From: Pseudonocardiaceae bacterium | Lineage (GTDB): Bacteria; Actinomycetota; Actinomycetes; Mycobacteriales; Pseudonocardiaceae | Assembly: GCA_036494005.1 (NCBI GenBank) | Contig: DASXOV010000021.1 | Location: 3,947-67,946 of the forward strand | Direction of reading: 5' to 3' | Length of the DNA stretch: 64,000 nt | Shown here: positions 52,465 through 61,001 of the stretch, one piece after another | Position numbering within the stretch: position 1 is the stretch's first letter | How the letters are laid out: every line of letters begins with the position of its first letter | Position numbers and translations under genes: made by a program | The notes under the pieces: generated by a model | The model's input: only the letters and a program-made list of their open reading frames with translations | Told to the model about the DNA's origin: nothing | Databases searched by the model: none

Positions 52465-53399
52465 TCATGAGGATCCCTTGGGCTTCGGCTCGCCGAGAAT
52501 AAGCATCACGACGCGGTCGATTCCTGGGGCTATCTCGCCGTGTGGTGGTGCTCCCAAGCTCAGCGCGCGCAGCATGCCCCCGAACTTCTGCTCGACGTCT
52601 TGATGTGAATACCCGGCGATCTCGAACGCTCGATACATGATGTCGGGGCGGTGGTTACGGATCGCACCGGATGATAGTTCGACACCGTTGCATACGATGT
52701 CGTACTGCCACGTCCGCGCGCTCATACATCGGAAAATCGAACGATCCAGCAGAACCGGAACGACCTATCGTCGAAGTTTCCTGTTCGCTTGCCGGCTTCA
52801 ACTCTGACCTGTGACATGATCGACCGAGCGTCATCGATATCACCTGCGGCGCCAAAGAACAAGGCTGCGCCCGGCTCGGCTTTCGTCTCAGCAAGTAGAC
52901 GCTGGCGCTGGTCGCTATCCATGAACTTTGCGATGGGGCCGCTGATCTCGTTGTCGTCTCCGATGCGCAGCCAGGCCAGACCAGGTGATCCGCACGACTT
53001 CGCATACTCTTGCATGTTGTCGAAGAACGAGCGGGGCTGCCCCCGACAGTCGGGTACGGACAACGCGAGAACATGCTTACCCGAGAAAGCCCGGAACATG
53101 CTGTCTCTGAAGAGATCGGAAACGTCGGCAAGTTGCAGCGGAACACGAAGATCGGGCTTGTCGGTCCCATACTGGGCGAGCGCATCTCGATACGATCTCC
53201 CGGAAACGTTCGAGAGGTTGCTCAGGGAGGAATTGTTGAGTCTCGGTCGGCTGAATACTGGCGGGCGGGGGAGGGTGAGCATCACCGAGGTCAGGCGGAT
53301 CCGGCGTACGGCGTTGTTGTCCGAGGTGCGTGTTGCGGCGAATGATCCGGCCGTTGTGATGCCGTGCCGGCATTCCTCGTTCACCGGGGCGGACTTCAC
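52465..53399 (-). pseudogene. aspartyl-tRNA synthetase-like remnant split into two ORFs (52722..53399 and 52465..52725)
   Basis: ORF1 has the AspRS GAD-insertion region (YGTDKPDLR ... GPIAKF ... FCWIVRF) preceded by a degenerate motif 2. ORF2 has [18 protein letters not shown] ... [18 protein letters not shown] (motif 3). The N-terminal roughly 200 aa, the HHPF segment and the last roughly 40 aa are missing. The locus looks low-GC. Confidence 0.65.
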
Positions 53400-53791
53400 T
53401 GATCTGGCCGTGCTTCAGCGTCTGCAGTGCGCCGGTTCTGTGATGAAGGTGGGAGACCAGTATTTCGCTGATGAGCGTCGGATGGCGTTGTTCATCGAGG
53501 ATGGCCTGACCGCGCTGATCGGGGTGGGGCACGTCGCGCTGAGCGATCCCACCCGGTCTTCGGCGGAATCCAGCGCGTGACGATCACGGATAGCGGCAAG
53601 GGCCGCTACGAGGACCTCTGCGCCAAGAATGGAATCGTGCCCTATCCGGGGAGGGAGTCGCGGTGACCGGCGTTCCGCTATCCGGCGCTGTGTGGCGTCG
53701 AGGACTTACGGCCGGCCTCACCACCGGACCTACACAGAATTGCCGAGCCTGCTGCCGGCGCGCCGCTGCGCAGACAAAAGGGGAGGCGACA

Positions 53792-54145
53792 GTGGAGACC
53801 TACAGCGAGGGTCAATCCAATCGTTCTGTGCACGCATTCCGTGGCCCCGCAGGACAAACCGCCACAGTGATCGTGATGCGTAGACACGGCCAGGTGTGGC
53901 TCGTGCTCAACGGGGCCGAGGCGACCACCATCGTGATGACCGACCCGGAGGCCCACCAGATGAGGAGCGCATTGGACCAGGCCGCGCACGGCTGGCTGCG
54001 ATGGCTGCTTGCGGTGGTGGTCGGGGCGCTGCGGAACGGCCGCCGGTGCGGTGGCGCGCCAGTGTTGGCGTCAGGTTTGCCCTTTCGCGCAGTTCGACTG
54101 CGAATCGCCCCGATGCGTCCTCGCCGTCGCTACCGTTTCTCTTGA
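53792..54145 (+). CDS. orphan hypothetical ORF
   Basis: GTG is preceded by AAAGGGGAGG. There is no recognisable family, and an alternative GTG at 53663 also has an RBS-like GGGAGGGAG. Weak call. Confidence 0.25.
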   Translation: METYSEGQSNRSVHAFRGPAGQTATVIVMRRHGQVWLVLNGAEATTIVMTDPEAHQMRSALDQAAHGWLRWLLAVVVGALRNGRRCGGAPVLASGLPFRAVRLRIAPMRPRRRYRFS

Positions 54146-54289
54146 TATTGCGGAGAGCGCAGCTGATTCTCGGGCCACGTGCTGGCGCCTCGTAAGCGTG
54201 ACCTGCCAGATGTAGCGGTGAGATGCCCTCCGGAACGCCACCAACGTCGGGATACCTGCGATACGCCGGATCTGGAGAGGTAGTCCATC

Positions 54290-55357
54290 ATGCAACGACG
54301 CAGCCCTCTGCACTGTCTCGTGCCCGACTACGTGTTACGGGAGATCGCCAAACGAGGTGGTGACGTTCACCGCGAGGCCGCTTTGGACACTCTGGGGGTC
54401 AGCGCGACATTGCGCTCGGCGCGGTCGCAGGCCGAAGCCGGGCGGGCGGCTGCCGGTGCGTTACCGCCGGCCTCGGCGGCCCTGCGCCCGGCCAGGATCG
54501 ACCGGGTCATCCGCAATGCCAACGGTGGTACCGACCTGGCCTCGCCGGTCGTCCGGCGGGAAGGCGACCCGGAGTCCGGTGATGCGGCGGTCGACGAGGC
54601 ATTCGAACACTTCGGTTCCACCTGGAACTTCCTCTTCGAGATGCTCGCCCGCAACTCCATCGACAACGCGGGGATGACGCTTGACGGGGTGGTGCACTAC
54701 GGCAACAAGTTCGACAATGCGTTCTGGGACGGCGACCAGATGGTCTTCGGTGACGGCAGCGGCACGCTGTTCACCCGGCTCACCCAGTCCTTGTCGGTCT
54801 GTGCCCACGAACTCGGCCACGGCGTGATCCAGTTCGACGGCCCGCTGACCTACCAGGGCCAGTCCGGTGCACTCAACGAGCACATCGCTGACGTCTTCGG
54901 CGCGATGGTCCATCAGTGGAAACACGGTCAGTCCGCCGCCGAGGCCGACTGGCTGATCGGCGCCGAGATTCTCGCCGAGGGCGTGAGCGGCAAGGCGCTA
55001 CGCTCCATGAAGGAGCCCGGTACCGCCTATGACGACGACCTGCTCGGCAAGGATCCCCAACCCGCGCATATGGACCACTACATCGACACCGCCGACGATC
55101 ACGGCGGCGTGCACATCAACTCGGGGATCCCGAACAAGGCGTTCTACGAGATCGCAGTGGGCTTGGGTGACCACTCCTGGGATCGCGCAGGCCGCATCCT
55201 GTACGCCACCCTCGGCCATCCGCAGCTGCGGGCGACGACGGACTTCCGCCGGTTCGCCCGGCTCAACCACCGCGTGGCCGGCCAGATCTACGGTGCGGGC
55301 AGTGTCGAGGCGAAGGCTGTGGAGGCCGGGTGGGCGGCGGTGGGCATCGCAGTGTGA
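54290..55357 (+). CDS. M4 family metallopeptidase, protealysin-like (no signal peptide, short propeptide)
   Basis: Zinc site AHELGHGV plus GALNEHIADVFG, and HINSGIPNKAFY. The N-terminal HCLVPDYVLREIA resembles the conserved propeptide motif of protealysin-like proteases. Confidence 0.9.
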   Translation: MQRRSPLHCLVPDYVLREIAKRGGDVHREAALDTLGVSATLRSARSQAEAGRAAAGALPPASAALRPARIDRVIRNANGGTDLASPVVRREGDPESGDAAVDEAFEHFGSTWNFLFEMLARNSIDNAGMTLDGVVHYGNKFDNAFWDGDQMVFGDGSGTLFTRLTQSLSVCAHELGHGVIQFDGPLTYQGQSGALNEHIADVFGAMVHQWKHGQSAAEADWLIGAEILAEGVSGKALRSMKEPGTAYDDDLLGKDPQPAHMDHYIDTADDHGGVHINSGIPNKAFYEIAVGLGDHSWDRAGRILYATLGHPQLRATTDFRRFARLNHRVAGQIYGAGSVEAKAVEAGWAAVGIAV

Positions 55358-55358
55358 G

Positions 55359-55700
55359 ATGGGCCAGGTGGAGAGGGAGCAGGCAAAGCAGACCGTGTCG
55401 TTCCGGCGGACCGGAGGGTTGTTCGCCGGCAACGTCCTGGTCACCTCGGTGTCCGCGGACGACCTCGACGACGCGCAGCAGGAGACCCTGCGACGCTATC
55501 TGGGCCAGGCCGATCTGGAGGTGCTCGCCGGTCGCTCGCCGATCACCGGGTCTGGCGCGGACACCTACCAGTACACCATCGCGGTCGACGACGGTGCGAA
55601 GCGATCAGAAGTCACGGTGACTCAGACCGCCGTCCCGGACAATCTCCGCCCGCTCATCGAATGGCTGGAACAACGCGCGACGCGACCAGGCGCGAGGTGA
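55359..55700 (+). CDS. emfourin-like putative protealysin inhibitor
   Basis: 113-aa ORF starting 2 nt after the M4 stop. Size and bicistronic context match the protealysin-emfourin operon. Sequence similarity is not verified. Confidence 0.55.
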   Translation: MGQVEREQAKQTVSFRRTGGLFAGNVLVTSVSADDLDDAQQETLRRYLGQADLEVLAGRSPITGSGADTYQYTIAVDDGAKRSEVTVTQTAVPDNLRPLIEWLEQRATRPGAR

Positions 55701-55764
55701 TGTCAGCGCGCGGCCGTTGTGTGTGTCGGGTTGACTGGTGCGATCCGGTGAGTGCGATCGGCAA

Positions 55765-57972
55765 TCAGAATGTGATGAGCTGGATCGTGGTACCGGGCCG
55801 GACGGTCCGGCCCGCGCCTGGGGACTGCGCGACGACGCGAGCCGACGAGCCGCCGAAGAACTGCCTGACCTGACTGTTCAGCCCGGCGGCGGTGAGGATC
55901 TGCTGCGCTCGATCCGCAGGCAGCCCGACCACCTCGGGTATCGCGATCTCGGTGCTGAGCTGCACGGTCACCCTGTTGTCCGAGGTGGCCACCAGCGACC
56001 CCTCGCCGGGCTGCACGGACAGCACGACGGCGCCCGGCTGCCCGGCACCGTCCCCTTCTTCCTGCGGCTCGAATCCGGCGCGGGACAGCGCGGCGAGTGC
56101 CTGCTCGCGAGGCAGGCCGACCACCTCGGGCACCACCAGTGCCGTGCTGACCTGCAGGGTGACCTCGGTGCCTCGGCTGGTGCCCTCACCGGCCTGCGGG
56201 TCGGTGCCGATTGCGTGACCACCGGGTATCTGGTCGTCGAACTGGCGCTGCACCCGCGCGGTCAGCCCGGCTCGGGACAGCGCCGCGATCGCGTCGGCCT
56301 CGGACAGGCCGCGCACCTGGGGGACCGTGGTCGGGGCCGGACCCCTGCTGATCACCAGTGTCACCGGTGCGCCGACCGTGAGCACGGTTCCGGCTGCGGG
56401 TTGCAATCCGATGAGCGTGCCCTCCGGGACAGTGTCGTGGAACTGCGCCGCAGCGGGATCGTTTCGCGGGCTCAGGTCGGCGGCGGTGAGCGCCTGTTCG
56501 GCCTCGGCGGCGGGCGTGCCGGCTGCCAGGCCGGGCACCACCGGGCGGCCCAGAGACACCACCACGGTGACATCCGAGCCGCGTATCGCCCGCCGCCCGG
56601 GTGCGGGATCGCTCCTGATCACCGTTCCGTTCGGGATGGCGTTGTCGTGGCCGGTGGTGAGCTTGGGGGTCAGGCTGGCGTCGTCGAGGACGGCTTGCAC
56701 CGCGGTGCGCTGCAGACCCGTGAGGTTGGGCACCACCGTCCATCGGCCACTGCCCAGCCACCACGCGGACACCCCGACCACGCTCGCCAGCATGAGCACG
56801 ACCAGGATCCAGGTGATGAAGGCCCGCCGCTCCCGGGAACGCTGGCGCTGGTAGGGGTCGTCGGGGGGATGATTCCGGTCGTGCGCCGCTCCTGCGGGGC
56901 CGGGCGGACCCATTGGTGCTCCGGAGGGTAGCTCTGTCCGGGCTATGGCCCGGGTGCCACGTGGCCCGTGGTCGACCAGTGGTGCCGCCAGTGCGGTGCG
57001 GGCCGCGGCGGGGCTCACCGCCGATGCCGCCGAGCCGGGCTGGTTCGCCGGCGCGGTACCGATCGCCGTGGTGGCCGAGGGCAGCGGGACCCGTACCTGG
57101 CCGATCTGCAGCTCGGCGCGCACCTGACGCAGCGCTATCAGGAAGTCCGACGCGTTCGAAGGGCGAATGCCGGGATCCCGGCGGGTGGCTCGTACGACCA
57201 GAGCGTCCAGCGGGGCGGGCACCGCCGGCGCGACGGTCCCGGGAGCGGGCATGTCGTCGTTCACGTGCCGATAGGCGACCGACAGCGCGGTCTCGCCGGT
57301 GTACGGGGGTGCCCCGGTGAGCATCTCGAACATCAGCACTCCGGCGGCGTAGACGTCGCTGCGCGGGTCCGCCGTCCCGGTCGCGACCTGCTCGGGCGAG
57401 AGGTAGGCCACCGTGCCGAGGATGAGGTCGCCGGTGTTGTTGCTCGCCTCGGCAGCCGCCCGGACCAGGCCGAAGTCGGCCACCTTGACCACCCCGCCCG
57501 GCCCGATGAGCACGTTCTCGGGCTTGACGTCGCGATGCACCAGCCCCTCCCGGTGCGCCGCGGCCAGCGCGGAGAGCACAAGTTCGATCACCGAGAGGAC
57601 CAGCGGCACCGGCAGCCTGCCGTACTCGCGCAGCAGGTCCCGCAGGGTGCCACCCTCCACCAGTTCCATGACGAGGAAGACATGGTCACCGGCCGCCGCG
57701 GTGTCTACGCCCTGGTCGTAGACCCCGACGATGCCGGGGTGGTGCAGCCGGGCGGCGGCACGGGCCTCGCGCTCGAAGCGCTGCAGGAAGATCGGGTCCG
57801 CGGCGAATCGCGGATCCATCACCTTGACCGCGACCGGGCGCTCCAGCCGGGTGTCGATACCGTGATACACGGTGGACATACCGCCACAGGCCAGCGTCGA
57901 GCCGACCCGGTAGCGCCCGTCCAGCAGGGTGCCGACCGGGATCCCGTTCTGTCCGGGTCCCTGCCGCTCCAC
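55765..57972 (-). CDS. Ser/Thr protein kinase with five C-terminal PASTA repeats (PknL position)
   Basis: Hanks kinase motifs are present (GGMSTVYHG, VAVKV, HRDVKPEN, DFG, SPEQ), followed by one TM helix and 5 PASTA-like repeats. GTG 57972; the track ORF is extended upstream. Confidence 0.9.
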   Translation of the reverse strand: MERQGPGQNGIPVGTLLDGRYRVGSTLACGGMSTVYHGIDTRLERPVAVKVMDPRFAADPIFLQRFEREARAAARLHHPGIVGVYDQGVDTAAAGDHVFLVMELVEGGTLRDLLREYGRLPVPLVLSVIELVLSALAAAHREGLVHRDVKPENVLIGPGGVVKVADFGLVRAAAEASNNTGDLILGTVAYLSPEQVATGTADPRSDVYAAGVLMFEMLTGAPPYTGETALSVAYRHVNDDMPAPGTVAPAVPAPLDALVVRATRRDPGIRPSNASDFLIALRQVRAELQIGQVRVPLPSATTAIGTAPANQPGSAASAVSPAAARTALAAPLVDHGPRGTRAIARTELPSGAPMGPPGPAGAAHDRNHPPDDPYQRQRSRERRAFITWILVVLMLASVVGVSAWWLGSGRWTVVPNLTGLQRTAVQAVLDDASLTPKLTTGHDNAIPNGTVIRSDPAPGRRAIRGSDVTVVVSLGRPVVPGLAAGTPAAEAEQALTAADLSPRNDPAAAQFHDTVPEGTLIGLQPAAGTVLTVGAPVTLVISRGPAPTTVPQVRGLSEADAIAALSRAGLTARVQRQFDDQIPGGHAIGTDPQAGEGTSRGTEVTLQVSTALVVPEVVGLPREQALAALSRAGFEPQEEGDGAGQPGAVVLSVQPGEGSLVATSDNRVTVQLSTEIAIPEVVGLPADRAQQILTAAGLNSQVRQFFGGSSARVVAQSPGAGRTVRPGTTIQLITF

Positions 57973-58048
57973 ATCCCAGATCCTACGTACCCCGCCCGCC
58001 CTGAACGGCGGAAGGGCGCGGGTCGCCGGGTATGGAAGGGTGACCGCT

Positions 58049-58414
58049 GTGAGTGACATCCCGATCGCCCCGGACGTGCTGGATCCCGAGGTGGCGGTTC
58101 TGCCGCTGCCTGATGTGGCCGCCCGGCTCGGACTGCCGGTCACCCGGGTACACCAGATGCTGCGTGACGGGCACCTGCTGGGGGTGCGCCGCCACGGTGT
58201 GGTGGTGGTTCCCGAGGCCTTCCTCAATGAGGATCTGGTCGTCAAGGGCCTACCCGGCACCGTGACGTTACTGCGCGACGCCGGCTATTCCACCGAGGAG
58301 ATCCTCCGCTGGCTGTTCACCGCCGAGGACTCCTTGCCCGGTACCCCGATCGGTGCGCTGCGCTCGGATCGCGGCCGCGAGGTGAAGCGCCGCGCCCAGG
58401 CCATGGGCTTCTGA
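58049..58414 (+). CDS. Rv2175c-like DNA-binding protein
   Basis: 121 aa, [29 protein letters not shown] (HTH). It is divergent from the kinase, like Rv2175c/pknL. Confidence 0.8.
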   Translation: MSDIPIAPDVLDPEVAVLPLPDVAARLGLPVTRVHQMLRDGHLLGVRRHGVVVVPEAFLNEDLVVKGLPGTVTLLRDAGYSTEEILRWLFTAEDSLPGTPIGALRSDRGREVKRRAQAMGF

Positions 58415-59370
58415 GGCGTCGACGCCGACGTCAGTGTCCGTATGACGAGTGCCCGGCTCAGGCCGGGCAGTACGACCGCGAGCCGTCTGCGCCCCGGCAC
58501 CGTCACCCGATGGCCGAGCACGTCGTATCCGGCCGCTTCGATCTCGTCGAGGATTCCGCTGTACAGGGTGAACGCGGTGGCGACGCACGCTCGTGACACC
58601 GGGGCCAGCATGGGGATCCCCGGCTCCGCTCTCCGGTAGATCGCCCTGGTTCGGGCGACCAGGTGGGCGAGCGCCCTGCGCACCCGATGGTCGCTGCGCC
58701 CCGTGCTGCGGCACCAGCTCAGCAGGGCGCGGTCGACGCCGAAGGCGGCCAGTTCATCGGCAGGTAGGTAGACCCGCCCGCGATCGAGGTCCTCGCCGAC
58801 ATCGCGCAGGAAATTGGTGACCTGAAAAGCGATCCCGAGCGCGGCGGCGTGCGGCTCGGCCTCCTCGCGGGGCACGACGGTGCCCAGCACCGGCAGTACC
58901 TGCAGCCCGATCACCGCCGCTGAACCGTGCACGTAACGAGCCAGCTCGTCGAACGTGCGGTAGCCGGCCACCCCGCCCTGCTCCACCGGCCGATCCATCC
59001 GCATGGAGGTCATGAAGTCGGTGAAGTACTGCGGGTCGATCCGGTAACGGCCCGCGGTGTCCACCGGTGCGGCCAGCACCGGATGACGGCAGCGGCCGCG
59101 CTTCAGCCCTTCGCGCAACTGGTCGGCCAGGCGGTCCAACTCGGCGAGCCGTTGTGGCCAGGGCCGATGGTCGGCCAGGTCGTCGACGATCTCGTCGGCG
59201 TAGCGGGCCAACCCGTAGAGCGCGTGAATCGCGGGCCGCCGCGCGAGCGGCAGCAGCCGGGTGGCCAGGAAGTAGGTGCGGCCGTGCGCGGCGTTGAGCC
59301 TTCGGCAGCGGAGGTAGGAGCCTCGCAGTGCGGGCTCGGTGATACCGGCTGCGTCGAGCTCCCGGCTCAT
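58285..59370 (-). CDS. phytoene/squalene synthase family protein (CrtB-like)
   Basis: SQS_PSY motifs are present: YADEIVDD and a second Asp-rich [20 protein letters not shown] overlap with the upstream mptA-like gene. A tail of about 50 aa reads antisense through the Rv2175c-like gene. Confidence 0.85.
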   Translation of the reverse strand: MSRELDAAGITEPALRGSYLRCRRLNAAHGRTYFLATRLLPLARRPAIHALYGLARYADEIVDDLADHRPWPQRLAELDRLADQLREGLKRGRCRHPVLAAPVDTAGRYRIDPQYFTDFMTSMRMDRPVEQGGVAGYRTFDELARYVHGSAAVIGLQVLPVLGTVVPREEAEPHAAALGIAFQVTNFLRDVGEDLDRGRVYLPADELAAFGVDRALLSWCRSTGRSDHRVRRALAHLVARTRAIYRRAEPGIPMLAPVSRACVATAFTLYSGILDEIEAAGYDVLGHRVTVPGRRRLAVVLPGLSRALVIRTLTSASTPQKPMAWARRFTSRPRSERSAPIGVPGKESSAVNSQRRISSVE

Positions 59371-60911
59371 GCCGTCCGGACGTGCAACGGATCGCGCCGT
59401 AACAGCGAAACCCCGGCCAGCAGGGACACTGCGACCGTCCCTGCCTGGTAGGCCAAGGAGGTCAGCCCGCTCTCCCCGGTGGGATAGGTGCACAGCACGA
59501 GCCAGGTGGACGCGGTCACCGCCATCGCCAGTGACCGGTTCCGCCACGGCAGCGCCGCGCCGAGCACGAGACTCCAGGTGAGGTACCAGGGCAGGGTCGC
59601 GGGCGCGAGCAACGCAGACCACAACAGCGTGATCGCGCCGCGCCGGACCGCCCCGGTGCCACCGTCCCGCGCCAGCCACCACTGCCTGCCGAGGATCGCC
59701 AGGAACACCGCGCAGCCGAGCAGGCGGAAGACGTTGATGAACGGCTGGGTGTCGACGTCGACGAACGGCGAGCTCGCCACGTGGGCCAGCTGGCCGGCGG
59801 CGGTGGGTAGCGACATCCAGTTGACGATCAACGAAGGTGCGTTCAGCGCGGGGATCCACCCCAGGTCCACCCCGGCGAGCAGGGTGAGGCCGGTGAACAC
59901 CACGGTGAACACCGCCAGGCTGGCTGCGCAGGCTTTGAGCAGCCGGACGCCCCGGCGGCCGGGTAGCCGGGCAGCCCAGATCCACACCAGGAAAGGCAGC
60001 GCGATTCCGGCGGACGCCTTCACCGCCATCGCGGTGGTGACCAGCGCGGTCCCGCCGACATGTCTGCGCTGCACCACCAGCAGCGTGCCCGCGGCCAGCA
60101 GGCCGATCATCAGCAGATCATTGTGCGGTCCGCCCACCAGATGCACCACTGTCATCGGGTTGGCGACCACCAGCCACAGTGCCACGGTGTGCTTACCGCC
60201 GAGTTCGTCGGCCAGCCGGGGCAGGGCGAACACCAGCAGGCCCAACCCGACCAGCAGCACCAGCCGCATCCCGATCACGCCGAGGATCGCATCCTCGTCG
60301 GTCAGCCGGCTCATGATCTTGGCGATCAGGATGAAGGCCGGGCCGTAGGGCGCCGGAGTGGTCTGCCACACGTAGTGCACGTTGTCCGCCACGGGACCGG
60401 GTGGCAGCTCCACGGGTCCCACCCGGTAGGGGTCCATGCCGTGCAACGCCAGTGCACCCTGGGCGAGGTAGCTGTAGACGTCCCGGGTGAACAGCGGGGG
60501 CGAGACCAGCATGGGCGCGACCCAGGCCGCGCTGGCGACCAGCAGCCGGCGGGCGGTGGCGGTACCGGCCAGGACCTCGCGGCCGAGCCGCACCCAGGCC
60601 CACACGAGCAGCCCCACACCCAGGTAGAGGCCCACGGTCGCGAGGTCACGGCCGTGTCCGTAGCGGATCCAGGACAACGGGCCCCCGGTGATCAGCGGGT
60701 CCCTGATGAGAATCCCACCGGCTCCGACAGCCGTGGCGGCCAGCAGCACCGAGCCGATCAGACCGAGAACAACGGTGCCCGACAGCAGCCGCTCAGCGGG
60801 TGGCTGGTCGCTCCGGGGTCCGGCAACCTGGCGCTCCGTAGCCGGGAGAGCACTCGTATCGAGGGGTGGCGGATCCGGCGTCGTGGCGGGAGACGATGAG
60901 ATGGACGTCAT
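59367..60911 (-). CDS. polyprenol-phosphate-mannose-dependent alpha-(1->6)-mannosyltransferase (MptA/MptB family GT-C)
   Basis: 514-aa polytopic protein with the [12 protein letters not shown] and TPAPYGP motifs typical of this family. It holds the Rv2174 position. Confidence 0.8.
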   Translation of the reverse strand: MTSISSSPATTPDPPPLDTSALPATERQVAGPRSDQPPAERLLSGTVVLGLIGSVLLAATAVGAGGILIRDPLITGGPLSWIRYGHGRDLATVGLYLGVGLLVWAWVRLGREVLAGTATARRLLVASAAWVAPMLVSPPLFTRDVYSYLAQGALALHGMDPYRVGPVELPPGPVADNVHYVWQTTPAPYGPAFILIAKIMSRLTDEDAILGVIGMRLVLLVGLGLLVFALPRLADELGGKHTVALWLVVANPMTVVHLVGGPHNDLLMIGLLAAGTLLVVQRRHVGGTALVTTAMAVKASAGIALPFLVWIWAARLPGRRGVRLLKACAASLAVFTVVFTGLTLLAGVDLGWIPALNAPSLIVNWMSLPTAAGQLAHVASSPFVDVDTQPFINVFRLLGCAVFLAILGRQWWLARDGGTGAVRRGAITLLWSALLAPATLPWYLTWSLVLGAALPWRNRSLAMAVTASTWLVLCTYPTGESGLTSLAYQAGTVAVSLLAGVSLLRRDPLHVRTA

Positions 60912-61001
60912 GACGGGCCGTATATTCCCACAGCCGATGCCGCCGAACCCGAGCCGTGGCCCGGTCGTGATGCAGTGGTGATGGGAGGTAATGGGGTTCG
61001 C

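Noticed and set aside
53629-54313. The alternative ORFs 53629..53883 (+), 53896..54195 (+) and 54071..54313 (-).
   Set aside because: They have no RBS and no recognisable motifs, and they overlap each other and the slightly better-supported 53792..54145 ORF.
52441-55764. The island considered as a mobile element (prophage, ICE or IS).
   Set aside because: I found no integrase, transposase, recombinase, tRNA target, terminal inverted repeats or flanking direct repeats by eye. I therefore report it only as a compositionally atypical island, not as a mobile_element feature.
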